From the IMG/VR virus record IMGVR_UViG_3300038360_000257, positions 1 through 53,203 of that record: a DNA stretch of 53,203 nucleotides. One strand, 5' to 3'. Of this stretch, positions 26,439-37,134 are shown in pieces. Source of the DNA: a virus. Lineage: Duplodnaviria > Caudoviricetes. The translations under genes were made by a program, and so were the position numbers. The stretch's first letter is position 1; every line of letters begins with the position of its first letter. Under the pieces are notes generated by a model. It was not told the origin of the DNA and made no database searches. It saw nothing but the letters and a program-made list of their open reading frames with translations.

Positions 26439-29400
26439 ATGCCGTCTATAAAGATATCCGATTTTAAGGGAAAATCTCCAAGGGTTTCAGAGAAGCTATT
26501 GCCGGGCGATTTTGCTCAAACGGCCAATAATTGTGGTCTTTTGAGAGGGAAAATAAGCGCCGTCAAAGACTTTGAGTCAGAAGTCGAAACTGGTAATCTG
26601 ATAACGGCGCCCGTCACGATTTACAAGTTTGAAGACGATTGGCTCAGTTGGGACACAGACACGGATATCGTCAGATCACCGCTGGGGACAACCACTCCAA
26701 GGATTTATATGTCCAATGGGTTGGCGTACCCGAAACAGTCCAGTTCCAGGATGACAACTTTACTGGGTGCGTATTTCACCATCAACGCTCCAACTAACGC
26801 GGCACCTGGTACAGATTTCCAAACTGAGTTCTATGTGTATATAACCGTCGGCGGTGCTGGTCCTGTCCCTCCCGTTGACGCTGGAAAGACTACGATAACC
26901 GCAGCTATTCTTGTTGGGGACACTGACGCGCAAGCCGCCACAAAGATCGCTGCTGCTATCCAGGCGAATGGGCTTTTTGTTACGGCCACAGCGGTGGGTT
27001 CGGTAATAACCATTACCAATGCAAATATCGGAAACTGCGTCCCGCCTATCTCGAACGATTGTGGTTTCACGGCTTCGACAACCACGCTTGGCGCCCTGGC
27101 AGTCGCTCAGATCACAACCATTGATGTGAACGCTGGACCTGATCCGACTTCCGGGGCTGGATACCCAAGGCTTACCTGGCGGTTGGGGGTTCCTGCGCCG
27201 GACGAAGCGCTAGCGTTAACACTCGCTGGTGAGGGTGACGGATACCCAATTAAATCAGTGAACTGGGTTTATACCTATGTCACGGCATGGGGAGAGGAGT
27301 CAAAGCCGTCCCCTGCCACAGAAACGGTCGATATCGAGGGCACAGCGCAGAAAACCAACGTGACTTGCGAAGCACCGGACATGCTTGAGCTGACAGCAGG
27401 CGGGGCAGGTAAATACTTTACTTTCACTACCACAGCAGCCACATATGATTGCTGGTACACTATTGACGGGCACGGAGTTGTGCCGCCCGCTGCTGCTGGA
27501 ACACCCATTAAGGTAGAATTGCTCGGGCTTGATAACCCGGACAATATCGCGGATAAAATAGCAGCCGCCATAACTGCGGTACCCGGCATCCTTTGTTCGG
27601 CAACGGCTGAAGGAAAACTAATTACCATCACCAATGGCGTGGTCGGAAATGTTGCTGATACTGTAGATGTTGATACCGGTTTTCCCGTAATTGTAACGCA
27701 GCAAGGTACGGGCGCTCTCCCAGAAATATCCACAGTTAACACTGAAAGGTTAATCCACGGATCGTATTTTGTTCTGCATACCTCTCTTAAAGACAGCTAT
27801 TATGTCTGGTACCAGATTGCCGCAGTGCCGTCGATTATTGTTGATTTTACTCCGCAAACCGTAATAGAGGGGGATTACTTTTACTTTTATTTACTGTTTC
27901 CGGGATTAGATCCGAATAAATTCATAAACCCAAATATTGAAAAGAAAATTGTTGTATATTTTGAAGAAAAAGCGACGGTAGAATGGACAAAAGCTGTAAC
28001 TTACGTTTTAAATGATGTTGTTTGGGATAGTGTTAACGGTACATATGTTACATATAGATGTAAAGTCGCAACCAGTAACAGCGTTTTCCCTCCGTTTATG
28101 AATACTACTGACTGGACTGAAAGCCCAGGGTACCCAGCCGATGTCGCGGGCGATAAGTTCATTAGGGCTGAGTATGACTTAGGTGCCGCGACCGATAATG
28201 AGTTTGCGGAACCCGCTTACGATGGAATGGTAAAATCAACAAACGGCCTTACCGATGTCGCGCGGTTTGATTACGACCCAGCCACTTCGGAAATAACGAT
28301 TACCAGCTTAATAATTGGCGATATTAAAGCGGACCCCGCCGCTGATAACGGTACCGCACCTAAGAGCCCGGACCTTCTGTTTACAGATGCTTACGGCAGC
28401 ACTGTTTCTGACGACCCCGGTGTTGCTGGAAAAACAGGGATTAAAGTAGACATTGTTATTGACGATCCTGTTTTAAAAATAGCCGAAAAGACTGCTGAAG
28501 CCATAAATGGGAGCGACGACTTTTCATGTGCAAAGCCATATAGCACTACAATCACCATCGTCAACGACCGAGGCGGCGTCACAGAAGACGCTGAGGACGG
28601 GAACACCGGGTTTACGATTGCGGAGCTTCAAGCGGGCGCCGTTCAAACTGCGTCTTTTGTCATGCCAGCAGTGCCCGCCGCAAACGCCGATGTCAATATC
28701 AGCCACATAAGGCTTTACCGCCTGGTTACGGCCGATAACGGGAGCGCTGAATACCAGTATGTGCCACCTTACGCTCCGTATGACGAGGATACTGTTTACG
28801 CCGTAGGGGACTATCTAAGTTATTCCGGATACGGTTATTATTGTATGGTAGTGCCTGTCGCGGGGATTTTGCCAACTGAAACAACAAATTTTTCCAAACT
28901 AGACACCCTTGATTTGCCCCTTGATGTTGCTCTTCTCGATGGGATCAATGATGGTCATCCATATGATAGCACCCTGGCGGAGATACTGCCCACCGAAGAC
29001 TGGGATATGCCGCCGGACGATCTCCACGGCTTAACCTTGTTTGATAATGGCATTATGGCGGGGTTTTCAAAGAACAGCGTTTATGTTACGGAACCCCTTC
29101 ATCCTTACGCTTTCCCGGACATTTATTCGTTGCTGTTTCCGGAAGTCATCGTGGGTCTTGGCTATATGCCTGGTACGATAATTGTCCTGACAGAAGGCGC
29201 CCCCCAGGGAATTATAGGAAATGATCCGACAACATTAAGTCAAACGCCGTTCCCCTACCCGCAGCCATGTGTTTCAAAGCGGGGCATCACTATGACCGAG
29301 AACGGGGTAATTTATCCGTGCCCGGATGGGTTTTTCATGATCTCTCAAAATGGCGGTAGTCTGATTACGAAGCCGCTTTATACTAAAACTCAATGGGTTG

Positions 29401-29927
29401 CGTTGGGGGCGGAAAACTTTATCGGAACTTATTTTGATGGGAAGGCTTTCTATTCGGTTGATGGTTCTAACACAAGCGCGTTTATAGACTTTCAGGAAAC
29501 GCTGTTTATTGTTGATTTTGATCACACCTTACCGGATACTAAAGAAAACTACACCTACGACATGGTGTCAGACGGTGACGATCTCTATTACCTTTTCAAG
29601 AAAGAGACCGCTGCAACGTATGAAATTTATAAATATCGTGGAGCGGCCACTTACAAGACGTTCACCTGGAAGTCCAAAAAGCACCAATGGCCTTACGCGA
29701 CGAATTTTGCCTGCGGAAGGGTCATAGCTGATTGGGCTACCGCGCCAACGGTTACGGTCACACTGTACGTTGACGGTGTCCTGAAGCAAACCATAGCTGT
29801 GACTGACAGCAACGTGTTCCGACTGGTATCAGGATTTATAGGCAGAATTTTTGAGATCCAGATAACTGGTGCCGTAGACGTGGATTTCTTTGGTATATCA
29901 CAGACTCCGATGGATATTTCGTTATGA
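26439..29927 (+). CDS. tail nozzle/stabilisation protein with inserted surface domains
   Basis: N-terminal FKGKSPR..LLP..AQTANN; LGVPAP, YTYVTAWGEES.PSP, WDMPP..LHGL, PHPYAFP-like segment, C-terminal FRLVSG. Confidence 0.8.
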   Translation: MPSIKISDFKGKSPRVSEKLLPGDFAQTANNCGLLRGKISAVKDFESEVETGNLITAPVTIYKFEDDWLSWDTDTDIVRSPLGTTTPRIYMSNGLAYPKQSSSRMTTLLGAYFTINAPTNAAPGTDFQTEFYVYITVGGAGPVPPVDAGKTTITAAILVGDTDAQAATKIAAAIQANGLFVTATAVGSVITITNANIGNCVPPISNDCGFTASTTTLGALAVAQITTIDVNAGPDPTSGAGYPRLTWRLGVPAPDEALALTLAGEGDGYPIKSVNWVYTYVTAWGEESKPSPATETVDIEGTAQKTNVTCEAPDMLELTAGGAGKYFTFTTTAATYDCWYTIDGHGVVPPAAAGTPIKVELLGLDNPDNIADKIAAAITAVPGILCSATAEGKLITITNGVVGNVADTVDVDTGFPVIVTQQGTGALPEISTVNTERLIHGSYFVLHTSLKDSYYVWYQIAAVPSIIVDFTPQTVIEGDYFYFYLLFPGLDPNKFINPNIEKKIVVYFEEKATVEWTKAVTYVLNDVVWDSVNGTYVTYRCKVATSNSVFPPFMNTTDWTESPGYPADVAGDKFIRAEYDLGAATDNEFAEPAYDGMVKSTNGLTDVARFDYDPATSEITITSLIIGDIKADPAADNGTAPKSPDLLFTDAYGSTVSDDPGVAGKTGIKVDIVIDDPVLKIAEKTAEAINGSDDFSCAKPYSTTITIVNDRGGVTEDAEDGNTGFTIAELQAGAVQTASFVMPAVPAANADVNISHIRLYRLVTADNGSAEYQYVPPYAPYDEDTVYAVGDYLSYSGYGYYCMVVPVAGILPTETTNFSKLDTLDLPLDVALLDGINDGHPYDSTLAEILPTEDWDMPPDDLHGLTLFDNGIMAGFSKNSVYVTEPLHPYAFPDIYSLLFPEVIVGLGYMPGTIIVLTEGAPQGIIGNDPTTLSQTPFPYPQPCVSKRGITMTENGVIYPCPDGFFMISQNGGSLITKPLYTKTQWVALGAENFIGTYFDGKAFYSVDGSNTSAFIDFQETLFIVDFDHTLPDTKENYTYDMVSDGDDLYYLFKKETAATYEIYKYRGAATYKTFTWKSKKHQWPYATNFACGRVIADWATAPTVTVTLYVDGVLKQTIAVTDSNVFRLVSGFIGRIFEIQITGAVDVDFFGISQTPMDISL

Positions 29928-31243
29928 GTAGGACCCCTAAAACAGCAAATGTACCAAAAGTGCCTGCGGGTCTTGACAGGAGTCTCGCCCATTTTCTAAC
30001 GGCAGTTAAGGAGTCAGTTGAAGTTAGCAGAGGTCGCGCCGGAGAACAAGAATCTTTTGTCACCAAAAAGTTTCTTGAAGAGAAAGGGTATTTAACGACT
30101 GCCGAAGAATCAGGTGGCTCATCAGGTGGCTCATCAGGTGGCTCATCAGGTGGCTCATCAGGTGGCTCATCAGGTGGATCATCAGGTGGATCGTCTACGC
30201 GACAACCGTTAGGAATACATGAAGTCAAAACAGCCAATATCGCTGACGGGGCCGTAACTGAGGTTAAAATAGCAGAGGGGGCGGTTTTAACCAGACTTGA
30301 CGTGTTGGACATGTTTGATGATTACGGGGTGGCGTATTCGACGGTGGCGGTCGCTGATATAACCGCCCCTGTCGAATTAGTTGATTACAGTAGCGTGGAC
30401 GGTAGTTTGCTGATAGCCTATGAGGTAAATGCTGCTCAAGATCCTTACACAATATACGCCTATGACTCGGCAAATTCTTCCGGGGCAAGTTCCCCTTATG
30501 TCGTTGCTGGGAGTGACGGCTTCTGGGTGGCGATTGGCGGAACGTATGCTTCTGGCGTGAAAGCTGTGATCCTTGACGATGACGGAATAATCGGTCTTGG
30601 GGCAGCAAAAGGGCGGATTGAGTTTGACGACCAGGCAACCGATGAAATCAATTTGCTTGATTGTGTTGTTGGTGTCGGAACTTCGACGCCAGTAGCCAAA
30701 TTAGCTATCAATGGTGGGTTGCATGTTGGTGGAGATTCAGACCCAGGCGACGATAACCTTTTGGTTGATGGCACGATTGTAGCCACAGGCAGTGCGACGT
30801 CGAGCGCGGGATTGCTTGGTCAGGTGCTAGGTGATGGCACGGCGGGCCGAGTGCTTCGATCGCTTAGGTTACTGATCCAAGATGGCACTAATGTAAATAC
30901 CATAAAGTGTACTGTGATATCTCTTTGGAATGGTGACGCGATTGCCGCAACGGACAATATTAGCAAGGGCGCAACGACTGGGGATTTTACTTTAAATGCC
31001 GCTGGCGACTCGTTGACGATCGAGGCTAGTGGGCTTACAGGTAATTGTGTAGCGGTTTTTTCTGCGTCATTTATTTATAATGATACAGGAACAGACATTC
31101 CGATTATAAACTTTAACGTGACGGCCAACGATATATGGACAAAGTATTACACGAATTTTGGTGGGGCAACTGCTGACCTGACGGCCGTTCTGGCCGGGGC
31201 AGCTGGACTTTATATAGTTATAAACTACCTTACTGACGCTTAA
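29924..31243 (+). CDS. tail fibre-like protein with Ser/Gly linker
   Basis: helical N-terminal anchor, (SGGS)n, IADGAVTEVKIA repeat, VGVGTSTP. Confidence 0.75.
   Translation: MSRTPKTANVPKVPAGLDRSLAHFLTAVKESVEVSRGRAGEQESFVTKKFLEEKGYLTTAEESGGSSGGSSGGSSGGSSGGSSGGSSGGSSTRQPLGIHEVKTANIADGAVTEVKIAEGAVLTRLDVLDMFDDYGVAYSTVAVADITAPVELVDYSSVDGSLLIAYEVNAAQDPYTIYAYDSANSSGASSPYVVAGSDGFWVAIGGTYASGVKAVILDDDGIIGLGAAKGRIEFDDQATDEINLLDCVVGVGTSTPVAKLAINGGLHVGGDSDPGDDNLLVDGTIVATGSATSSAGLLGQVLGDGTAGRVLRSLRLLIQDGTNVNTIKCTVISLWNGDAIAATDNISKGATTGDFTLNAAGDSLTIEASGLTGNCVAVFSASFIYNDTGTDIPIINFNVTANDIWTKYYTNFGGATADLTAVLAGAAGLYIVINYLTDA
30110..30193 (+). repeat. 12-bp tandem repeat TCAGGTGGCTCA, 7 units
   Basis: five identical units plus two variants, encoding SGGS. 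Confidence 0.95.
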
Positions 31244-31257
31244 ACTGTGTTCATTAA

Positions 31258-31797
31258 ATGGAATATAAAATAACCCCATACATCGAAATAGACGGAATTA
31301 GGACCTTCCCCGACTCCTATATTAAAGGCATTTATTCTAGGATGGTTGACGAAGGCTCCGCACCCATTGTTTTTTTTGGTGGTGAGATAAGGACTCCCGA
31401 AGCGTTTTTGACATCCATGAAGTACCGCAGTTACTTGTTTGTCATTGAAAGTGAGTCTGGGTTGGCTGCTATTTTATGGCTAAATAAAATTCTTCACAAG
31501 ACGTGCTACGCTCATTTTTGCGGGTTCAACGGGAGCTTGGGCAAGGGGTCTGTTGATATAGGACGATTCGCCATGAATCATGTATTCGGCGTGAAAGACG
31601 ATTACGATAAGCCTTGCTTTGAAACTGTTCTTGGTTTGATTCCGTCACGGAACGTCATTGGTGTCAAATGGCTTAAAAAAGTGGGCCTCGTTGAAATTGG
31701 GAAAATCCCTAACGCGCTATGGAGTGAGGATAAAAACAGGAGCGTTGAGGGTACGTTACTGCACATAACAAAGGAAATCCTCGGAGGGTTGAAATGA
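31258..31797 (+). CDS. GNAT-like acetyltransferase-fold protein
   Basis: AHFC, LGLIPSRN...WLKKVGLVEIGKIP; position before ejection genes. Confidence 0.65.
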   Translation: MEYKITPYIEIDGIRTFPDSYIKGIYSRMVDEGSAPIVFFGGEIRTPEAFLTSMKYRSYLFVIESESGLAAILWLNKILHKTCYAHFCGFNGSLGKGSVDIGRFAMNHVFGVKDDYDKPCFETVLGLIPSRNVIGVKWLKKVGLVEIGKIPNALWSEDKNRSVEGTLLHITKEILGGLK

Positions 31798-32342
31798 AAA
31801 TATACAATTCTGTAATTATCGACATAGCAACAAATGAAATCGAGTATGAGGACTCCTTTGACTACAAAGGCCCCATTTGTAATTGCAAGGGTAGCAGCAC
31901 CACAATCAACAGCATTGATGAAGCCTACAATAATCGGATGGCGGGGATATCAGAAAAACAACTGGGCATGGCTGAGGAGTATTTCAGGTTCTGGCAAGAT
32001 TCTTACAAGCCGATGGAGCAAGCCCAGATCGACGCCAACATGGCAATTATCCCGCAAAGAACGGCTCTTCAATCAAGGATGATGGGGCAAGCTGGGAACA
32101 TCAACATAGACGACCGCATGGACGCTGCCGGGGCCAATGCCATGCAGCAGTTTGGGAACGCTCGCGGAGGCATGGAACGGAATCTTTCCAGGCAAGGCAT
32201 CCAGGTGGGGTCCGGTAGAGCAGCGGCTATGGAGCGTGACTTTGCGCTTGAACAGGCCAAAGCGACAGGCGGAGCCAGGACACAGGCTGCGAGAACAAGC
32301 AGAGAAGATAACCTACGTCAAATGGCTATGGCCCTGGGTTAA
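31794..32342 (+). CDS. putative internal virion (ejection) protein
   Basis: GGAGG SD; DYKGPICNCKGSS then Ala/Gln/Met-rich helices. Confidence 0.7.
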   Translation: MKIYNSVIIDIATNEIEYEDSFDYKGPICNCKGSSTTINSIDEAYNNRMAGISEKQLGMAEEYFRFWQDSYKPMEQAQIDANMAIIPQRTALQSRMMGQAGNINIDDRMDAAGANAMQQFGNARGGMERNLSRQGIQVGSGRAAAMERDFALEQAKATGGARTQAARTSREDNLRQMAMALG

Positions 32343-32353
32343 AGGAGACGAAT

Positions 32354-33109
32354 ATGGCTGCGTTATATCAAGTTGAAAACCCATTTACGAAAGTCATGGC
32401 AGGTGTAAGAGGTGCCTCTCAGTCTTTGGCAAGCATGGGCCAGAAGAGAGATCGAAAGACAGAAACTGAAGGTGGTGCTGGTCAAGGGCTAATGGACGCC
32501 GGGAGTGTTGGCCTTGCTGGTTATCAGATGTATAAAGGCTCCGGATTGGGCGGAAGCACTGCGCCCACTACAGCCGTTAATCCCGCTTTGATGCCGCAAA
32601 CACCCGCCACTGCGAGTGCTTCTATCCCGGCATCTGCTCCAGGTGAATTGGCGTCATCGCCAGCGTTTACGACGCCTATACAATCTGCTGTTCCGGTAAC
32701 TGAGGCCATGGGGGCAGCTACTCCCCTTGCTCTTGGCGCAGAAGGCGCTACCACTGCTTTACCTGCCATGTATTCAGGGGCAGTTGGTTCGACGGCTCCC
32801 GCTGCCGCAGGTGCCGTTGGTGGCGGGATGGGTGCTGTTGGGGGTGGGGTAGGGGCCGTCGGTGGGGGGATAGGCGCAGCAGCTCCGGTTGCCACGGCTT
32901 TACCTGCCATGTATTCAGGGGCAGTTGGTTCGACGGCTGCTGCCGCCGCTCCAGTAGCTGCCACGTCATTAGCTGGTGCCGTAGCTCCAGCGGCCGCAGG
33001 TGCTACGGCAGGAGCCACAACAGGTGCCGCTACTGGTTCGGCGGCAGGACCGTATGGGGCTCTCGCTGGCGCAGTAATTGGCGGTCTCGTCGCGATGTTC
33101 GCAAGTTAA
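32354..33109 (+). CDS. putative ejection protein, Ala/Gly-rich with C-terminal glycine zipper
   Basis: AAGGAG SD; GPYGALAGAVIGGLVAMF; internal 42-bp duplication. Confidence 0.75.
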   Translation: MAALYQVENPFTKVMAGVRGASQSLASMGQKRDRKTETEGGAGQGLMDAGSVGLAGYQMYKGSGLGGSTAPTTAVNPALMPQTPATASASIPASAPGELASSPAFTTPIQSAVPVTEAMGAATPLALGAEGATTALPAMYSGAVGSTAPAAAGAVGGGMGAVGGGVGAVGGGIGAAAPVATALPAMYSGAVGSTAAAAAPVAATSLAGAVAPAAAGATAGATTGAATGSAAGPYGALAGAVIGGLVAMFAS

Positions 33110-33125
33110 TAACAGGAGAAGCATT

Positions 33126-34358
33126 ATGGCAGAAAGTATAGGAAACCAGGCGTTAAGGATGGCCAATACGGTTACACGCATTCAGAACAGCGCGGCGCTT
33201 AGAGAAAACGCGGATTTGCGTAGCCAAAGGATGATTAAGGAACAGCAAAACGAAACCTATACGAATGCGTGGGCCGATGAGTTAACTAAAAATCCGCAAG
33301 CTCAAATGCCGGATGATTTGCCGTTTAGTGTTAAGTATTCCGCGAAATTGCTTGCCGCGAAGGCTCACACAAATTTCGCAGCACTTGATCGCCAAAGGTT
33401 TGCAAAGGAAGCGGAAACGTACAAGAGGACGTTCAACGCGGCACAATCAGCGGTAGCAGCATATCCCAACGATAGGGATTATTATAAACCGGCTGTCTTG
33501 GAAGCTTTTTCGAGGGCTCGTGACGGCAGAAGTGGCTATAAAGAAATATCCCCCGGAAAGTGGTCGTATGTTAACAACTCAGACGGTAAAAGATACGAAA
33601 TAGATGAACCGAACTCAGATGAAATTACCCGTTTCCTATCTGTACATAGTGATCCAAAAGGTTATATGGCAAGAAAAGTCAAAGCCACGAATGATACGCG
33701 AACTCGCAATGACGCGATCGTGCGAAAAGGTGGAACAGATTACTACGGGGAAGACGGTAGCCAGGGAGTGGTTTACAAAAATTACAAACAGGACAATGGT
33801 GGCTATGGCGATTTTATAGTATTCCGTGACCCAGCCGGGAACGAACGTGTGCTGGAAACTCCAGAAGAAAAGAAATGGTTTCATAATAATCTCACCAGCG
33901 TTAAAGAGGTAGAGGACAGAGCCAAGATCAAGGTAGCCCGGAAAAAAGGCAATGCCCCAAAGGTTACAACAACCGTTACTGTGGGGAATAATACCCTAAA
34001 GATCCCTGCCGCGCTTTCTAAATTTAATACACTCACCAGGCAGCTAAAAGTAAGTGGCTCCGGTGCGATGGATTTTTTAGGAAGGTTAATAGCGCCAAGA
34101 GCAGAAGGTGAGATGCCTGATTTCTCAGGCATTAGCGGGCAGGATAAAGAAAGCGCCCTGGTTCAAATAGATAAGATGCGAGCCAGCGATAACCCAAAAG
34201 TGAAGGCGGCTGCTGAAACATGGTTTAGGTACTACAACGCTCTCTTTGGAGATGGTGGCGGGGGTGGAACAGGCGACGATGAGGTTGAGGACGTTATGAA
34301 TAGAGTCCTCGGCAAACCGGAAGAAGCACCGAGAACAACAGCACTACCGGGTGGTTAA
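33126..34358 (+). CDS. putative internal virion protein
   Basis: start re-called to ATG 33126 after AGGAG; position in ejection cluster. Confidence 0.75.
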   Translation: MAESIGNQALRMANTVTRIQNSAALRENADLRSQRMIKEQQNETYTNAWADELTKNPQAQMPDDLPFSVKYSAKLLAAKAHTNFAALDRQRFAKEAETYKRTFNAAQSAVAAYPNDRDYYKPAVLEAFSRARDGRSGYKEISPGKWSYVNNSDGKRYEIDEPNSDEITRFLSVHSDPKGYMARKVKATNDTRTRNDAIVRKGGTDYYGEDGSQGVVYKNYKQDNGGYGDFIVFRDPAGNERVLETPEEKKWFHNNLTSVKEVEDRAKIKVARKKGNAPKVTTTVTVGNNTLKIPAALSKFNTLTRQLKVSGSGAMDFLGRLIAPRAEGEMPDFSGISGQDKESALVQIDKMRASDNPKVKAAAETWFRYYNALFGDGGGGGTGDDEVEDVMNRVLGKPEEAPRTTALPGG

Positions 34359-36626
34359 ATGGGCGAACCTAAAATAGCGTGGATGGAAAACGAAAGGTTT
34401 AGAAACCTTCATATCGATGACCAGCTTCGTGTCTATCGAGGTTACTTCGATGAAAAAGCCGCCACTAACGACAGGTATCAAAAACTTGATCCCGGTACGA
34501 AGGAGCGCGTTTTCAACGAATTCCTTTCCGATCAAGGGGTAGTTCGCGATGACAGTGGCAGAAGCATGGCCCCTGCGCCGCAGGCTCAACCTACCCCAGT
34601 GCCCCAACAGCAACCGATAGCCAGAGCCATTGACGTTCCTAAAGAAACACCCGCTGATATTAGGTGGACGAATCAGAATATAGACCCCAACACAGAATAT
34701 GTTTTACCAGTAAATCCTCAAGGCGCGACAGGTCCTCTAACCAGGGAAATGGATTACGCCGCCATTGAAAAGTTTGAGGAAGACAGAGATACGCCCCGAC
34801 CGTCGGCAATGGATACCGGCTTATACGCAGGGGCTGATGAGAAAAGCCGTGGTTTTGGCAAAACCTCCGCGACCGAAAGTGTAACCACGACTCCTGAATC
34901 GGCTCCGATCCCTAAGCCGATTGACCTGTTAAAAAGAAAATCGGCAACCAATAAAGGCGGACCATTTCCAACTCCGTTTGGGGATTCAAGCGAACCCATT
35001 GATATGCCCGAGAGAGGTAAGGATCACCTCGCAGGGGCTATTGTTAAAGCTGCGATAGATGTTCCAAAATTTGTTGGGTATATCCCTAAAACTATCGGGG
35101 AGCTTGGGGGGATATCCGCCAAGAGAGGAAGCGAATCAACCGAAATACCAAACCGCCGTGAGCTGAAGGCTCCGTCTACGTTGAGTGACGTTTTCAAGGC
35201 CGAAGCAGAAAAAGGCAGCAAGCTCACAGACGAAGAATATCGAAATGTTGTCCTTGAATCCCGAGCTTCCCGCGCCATAGATAAGCAAAAACCATGGGAT
35301 TGGTTTAAAGAGAAGGGGAAAGAAACCACTGATTATTACGAAGATTTAGAAAAACAATACCCGTCGGTGCAGGCATTTAACGAAGCTGCGGCAAAAGGCG
35401 AGCTGCCCATTATTACTGAGGCGATTGGGGCATCTGGAAACACCGTAGCGGCTCTTTTATCCAATATGATACCTGTTGTTGGCCCACCTATCGCGGCGAT
35501 TGGATTTCTCGGACTGAATAAAGATGAAACATATCAGACTATAAAAGATGGGCTTTTAAGGAAAGGTGTACCTGAAGCGGAGGCTGAAGAGACTGCTCAA
35601 TCTAAGGGCTGGGAGATTGGAGCTTTTAAGTCTGTCCTGGATATGACTGGTATTGGGTTATTAACGAAAGCCATAAAGCCAGCCAGTAAACTTATTAAGA
35701 AAATAGCCACCTCAGCGGCTGCGGTTGTATGGGAAGGTGGGACGGAAGGAACGCAAGGTGTTTCTGATCCGTTGGCGTTGGAATGGGAGACAAGACCAGA
35801 AGGTGAGAACCTGTCTGACTTCTCAAATCGGATGCTTGAGAAGAGTGATGAATGGTGGAAGATATTCGCACATGACTTTAAAATTGGGGCCATCATGGCT
35901 GGCGGCATGACTGCCGCTGGAATGGTTGCGGAGAAAGCACTTGAGCCTACGCAGGGTCCGCCACAAGCCATTGACCCCACCCAAACTCCAGATCAACCAG
36001 CTCAAAAAACAGGTGAGATTGACTACACGGATGCTATAGCGGCTGTTGACGAGATATTGGCATCGGGCGAAGGTACGATTGCACAGCTCGAAGAGGACCT
36101 GGCTGGTGATCCTGAGCTCATTAAGGCCCTCGGTCCCGTGATAAAGAAATATAAAGACGCTGAAATACTTAAAGTTGGTCGTGGTGAGACCCCACCCTCT
36201 CGGGGTGAGACACCGACTCCGCCGGTAGAACCTACTCCCACTCTACCAGCGGCGCCGGTCGCCCCTGATTTGGGGCTTATGGCAATGCCTGAGTTACGGG
36301 CGTTGGCCGAGAAAGAAGGTGTCGTTGAGGAAATAAAAGGGCCAAAGTCAAAACAGAAATTGATTGACGCCATTGAAGCAAAACGCCTTGAGCAAGGCAC
36401 CGAAGCCGAGATCTTGCCAGAACCGAAGGCGACTGAAGTTGTAGACGACAAATTGACTCCGGATAGTATCCTGAAAGGGATATCGAAACGTGTAAAAGCA
36501 GAAATAAAAATGGCAGACTCGGATGGGAATGTCACAACAGAGAAGGTGAACGCCAAGGCCGAACTTGAAGACTTGAACAACCGGAACGAAATCTTCAATA
36601 AAATCCTGGACTGCATGGCGGGGTAA
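34359..36626 (+). CDS. putative internal virion protein
   Basis: 755 aa; IPVVGPPIAAIG and EGGTEGTQ helical segments typical of ejection proteins. Confidence 0.75.
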   Translation: MGEPKIAWMENERFRNLHIDDQLRVYRGYFDEKAATNDRYQKLDPGTKERVFNEFLSDQGVVRDDSGRSMAPAPQAQPTPVPQQQPIARAIDVPKETPADIRWTNQNIDPNTEYVLPVNPQGATGPLTREMDYAAIEKFEEDRDTPRPSAMDTGLYAGADEKSRGFGKTSATESVTTTPESAPIPKPIDLLKRKSATNKGGPFPTPFGDSSEPIDMPERGKDHLAGAIVKAAIDVPKFVGYIPKTIGELGGISAKRGSESTEIPNRRELKAPSTLSDVFKAEAEKGSKLTDEEYRNVVLESRASRAIDKQKPWDWFKEKGKETTDYYEDLEKQYPSVQAFNEAAAKGELPIITEAIGASGNTVAALLSNMIPVVGPPIAAIGFLGLNKDETYQTIKDGLLRKGVPEAEAEETAQSKGWEIGAFKSVLDMTGIGLLTKAIKPASKLIKKIATSAAAVVWEGGTEGTQGVSDPLALEWETRPEGENLSDFSNRMLEKSDEWWKIFAHDFKIGAIMAGGMTAAGMVAEKALEPTQGPPQAIDPTQTPDQPAQKTGEIDYTDAIAAVDEILASGEGTIAQLEEDLAGDPELIKALGPVIKKYKDAEILKVGRGETPPSRGETPTPPVEPTPTLPAAPVAPDLGLMAMPELRALAEKEGVVEEIKGPKSKQKLIDAIEAKRLEQGTEAEILPEPKATEVVDDKLTPDSILKGISKRVKAEIKMADSDGNVTTEKVNAKAELEDLNNRNEIFNKILDCMAG

Positions 36627-36628
36627 TA

Positions 36629-36904
36629 ATGAAATACGCTATCAAGAAAAAGGAAGCTGCCAAACCAAAGAAGGACCTGGCTAAAGGCGTCGTGAACGAT
36701 CTTTCGAGCCTACTGGTGACGGCCATAAAGCAGAATGACCAGATTGCAAAAATCCACGCTGCTCAAATTACCAAGGTGGTATCAGATATCAGTAAAATGA
36801 ACGCCAAACCGACTGTTGTAAAACCAGTAAAGCGGGTGTTTCACATGGATGTTAAACGCGGCGGAGACGGGTATATAAAGTCCGTTGAGGGGACCATAGA
36901 ATGA
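36629..36904 (+). CDS. hypothetical protein
   Basis: 91-aa ORF in operon. Confidence 0.7.
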   Translation: MKYAIKKKEAAKPKKDLAKGVVNDLSSLLVTAIKQNDQIAKIHAAQITKVVSDISKMNAKPTVVKPVKRVFHMDVKRGGDGYIKSVEGTIE

Positions 36905-37095
36905 GCGTTGTACTGGCGACACAGAACTTGAGAGCGGATGGGGATATATCGGAAGAGGGTGGTGTTAAGAAGATGAATATCACCGACTCTAGCCAGAGCC
37001 AGTTATTGACCGATATTCTTAAAGAGTTGAAGAAGATTAATCTATACAATGCCATGGCGCATGATGTGGTAATTAATAACTCGGAGGTGGCGTAA
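36901..37095 (+). CDS. hypothetical protein
   Basis: GAGGGG SD, ATGA overlap; LLTDILKELKKIN. Confidence 0.7.
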   Translation: MSVVLATQNLRADGDISEEGGVKKMNITDSSQSQLLTDILKELKKINLYNAMAHDVVINNSEVA

Positions 37096-37134
37096 TGCTA
37101 ATGAAATCCATGGGAAGCATTAGGAGGACTTATT

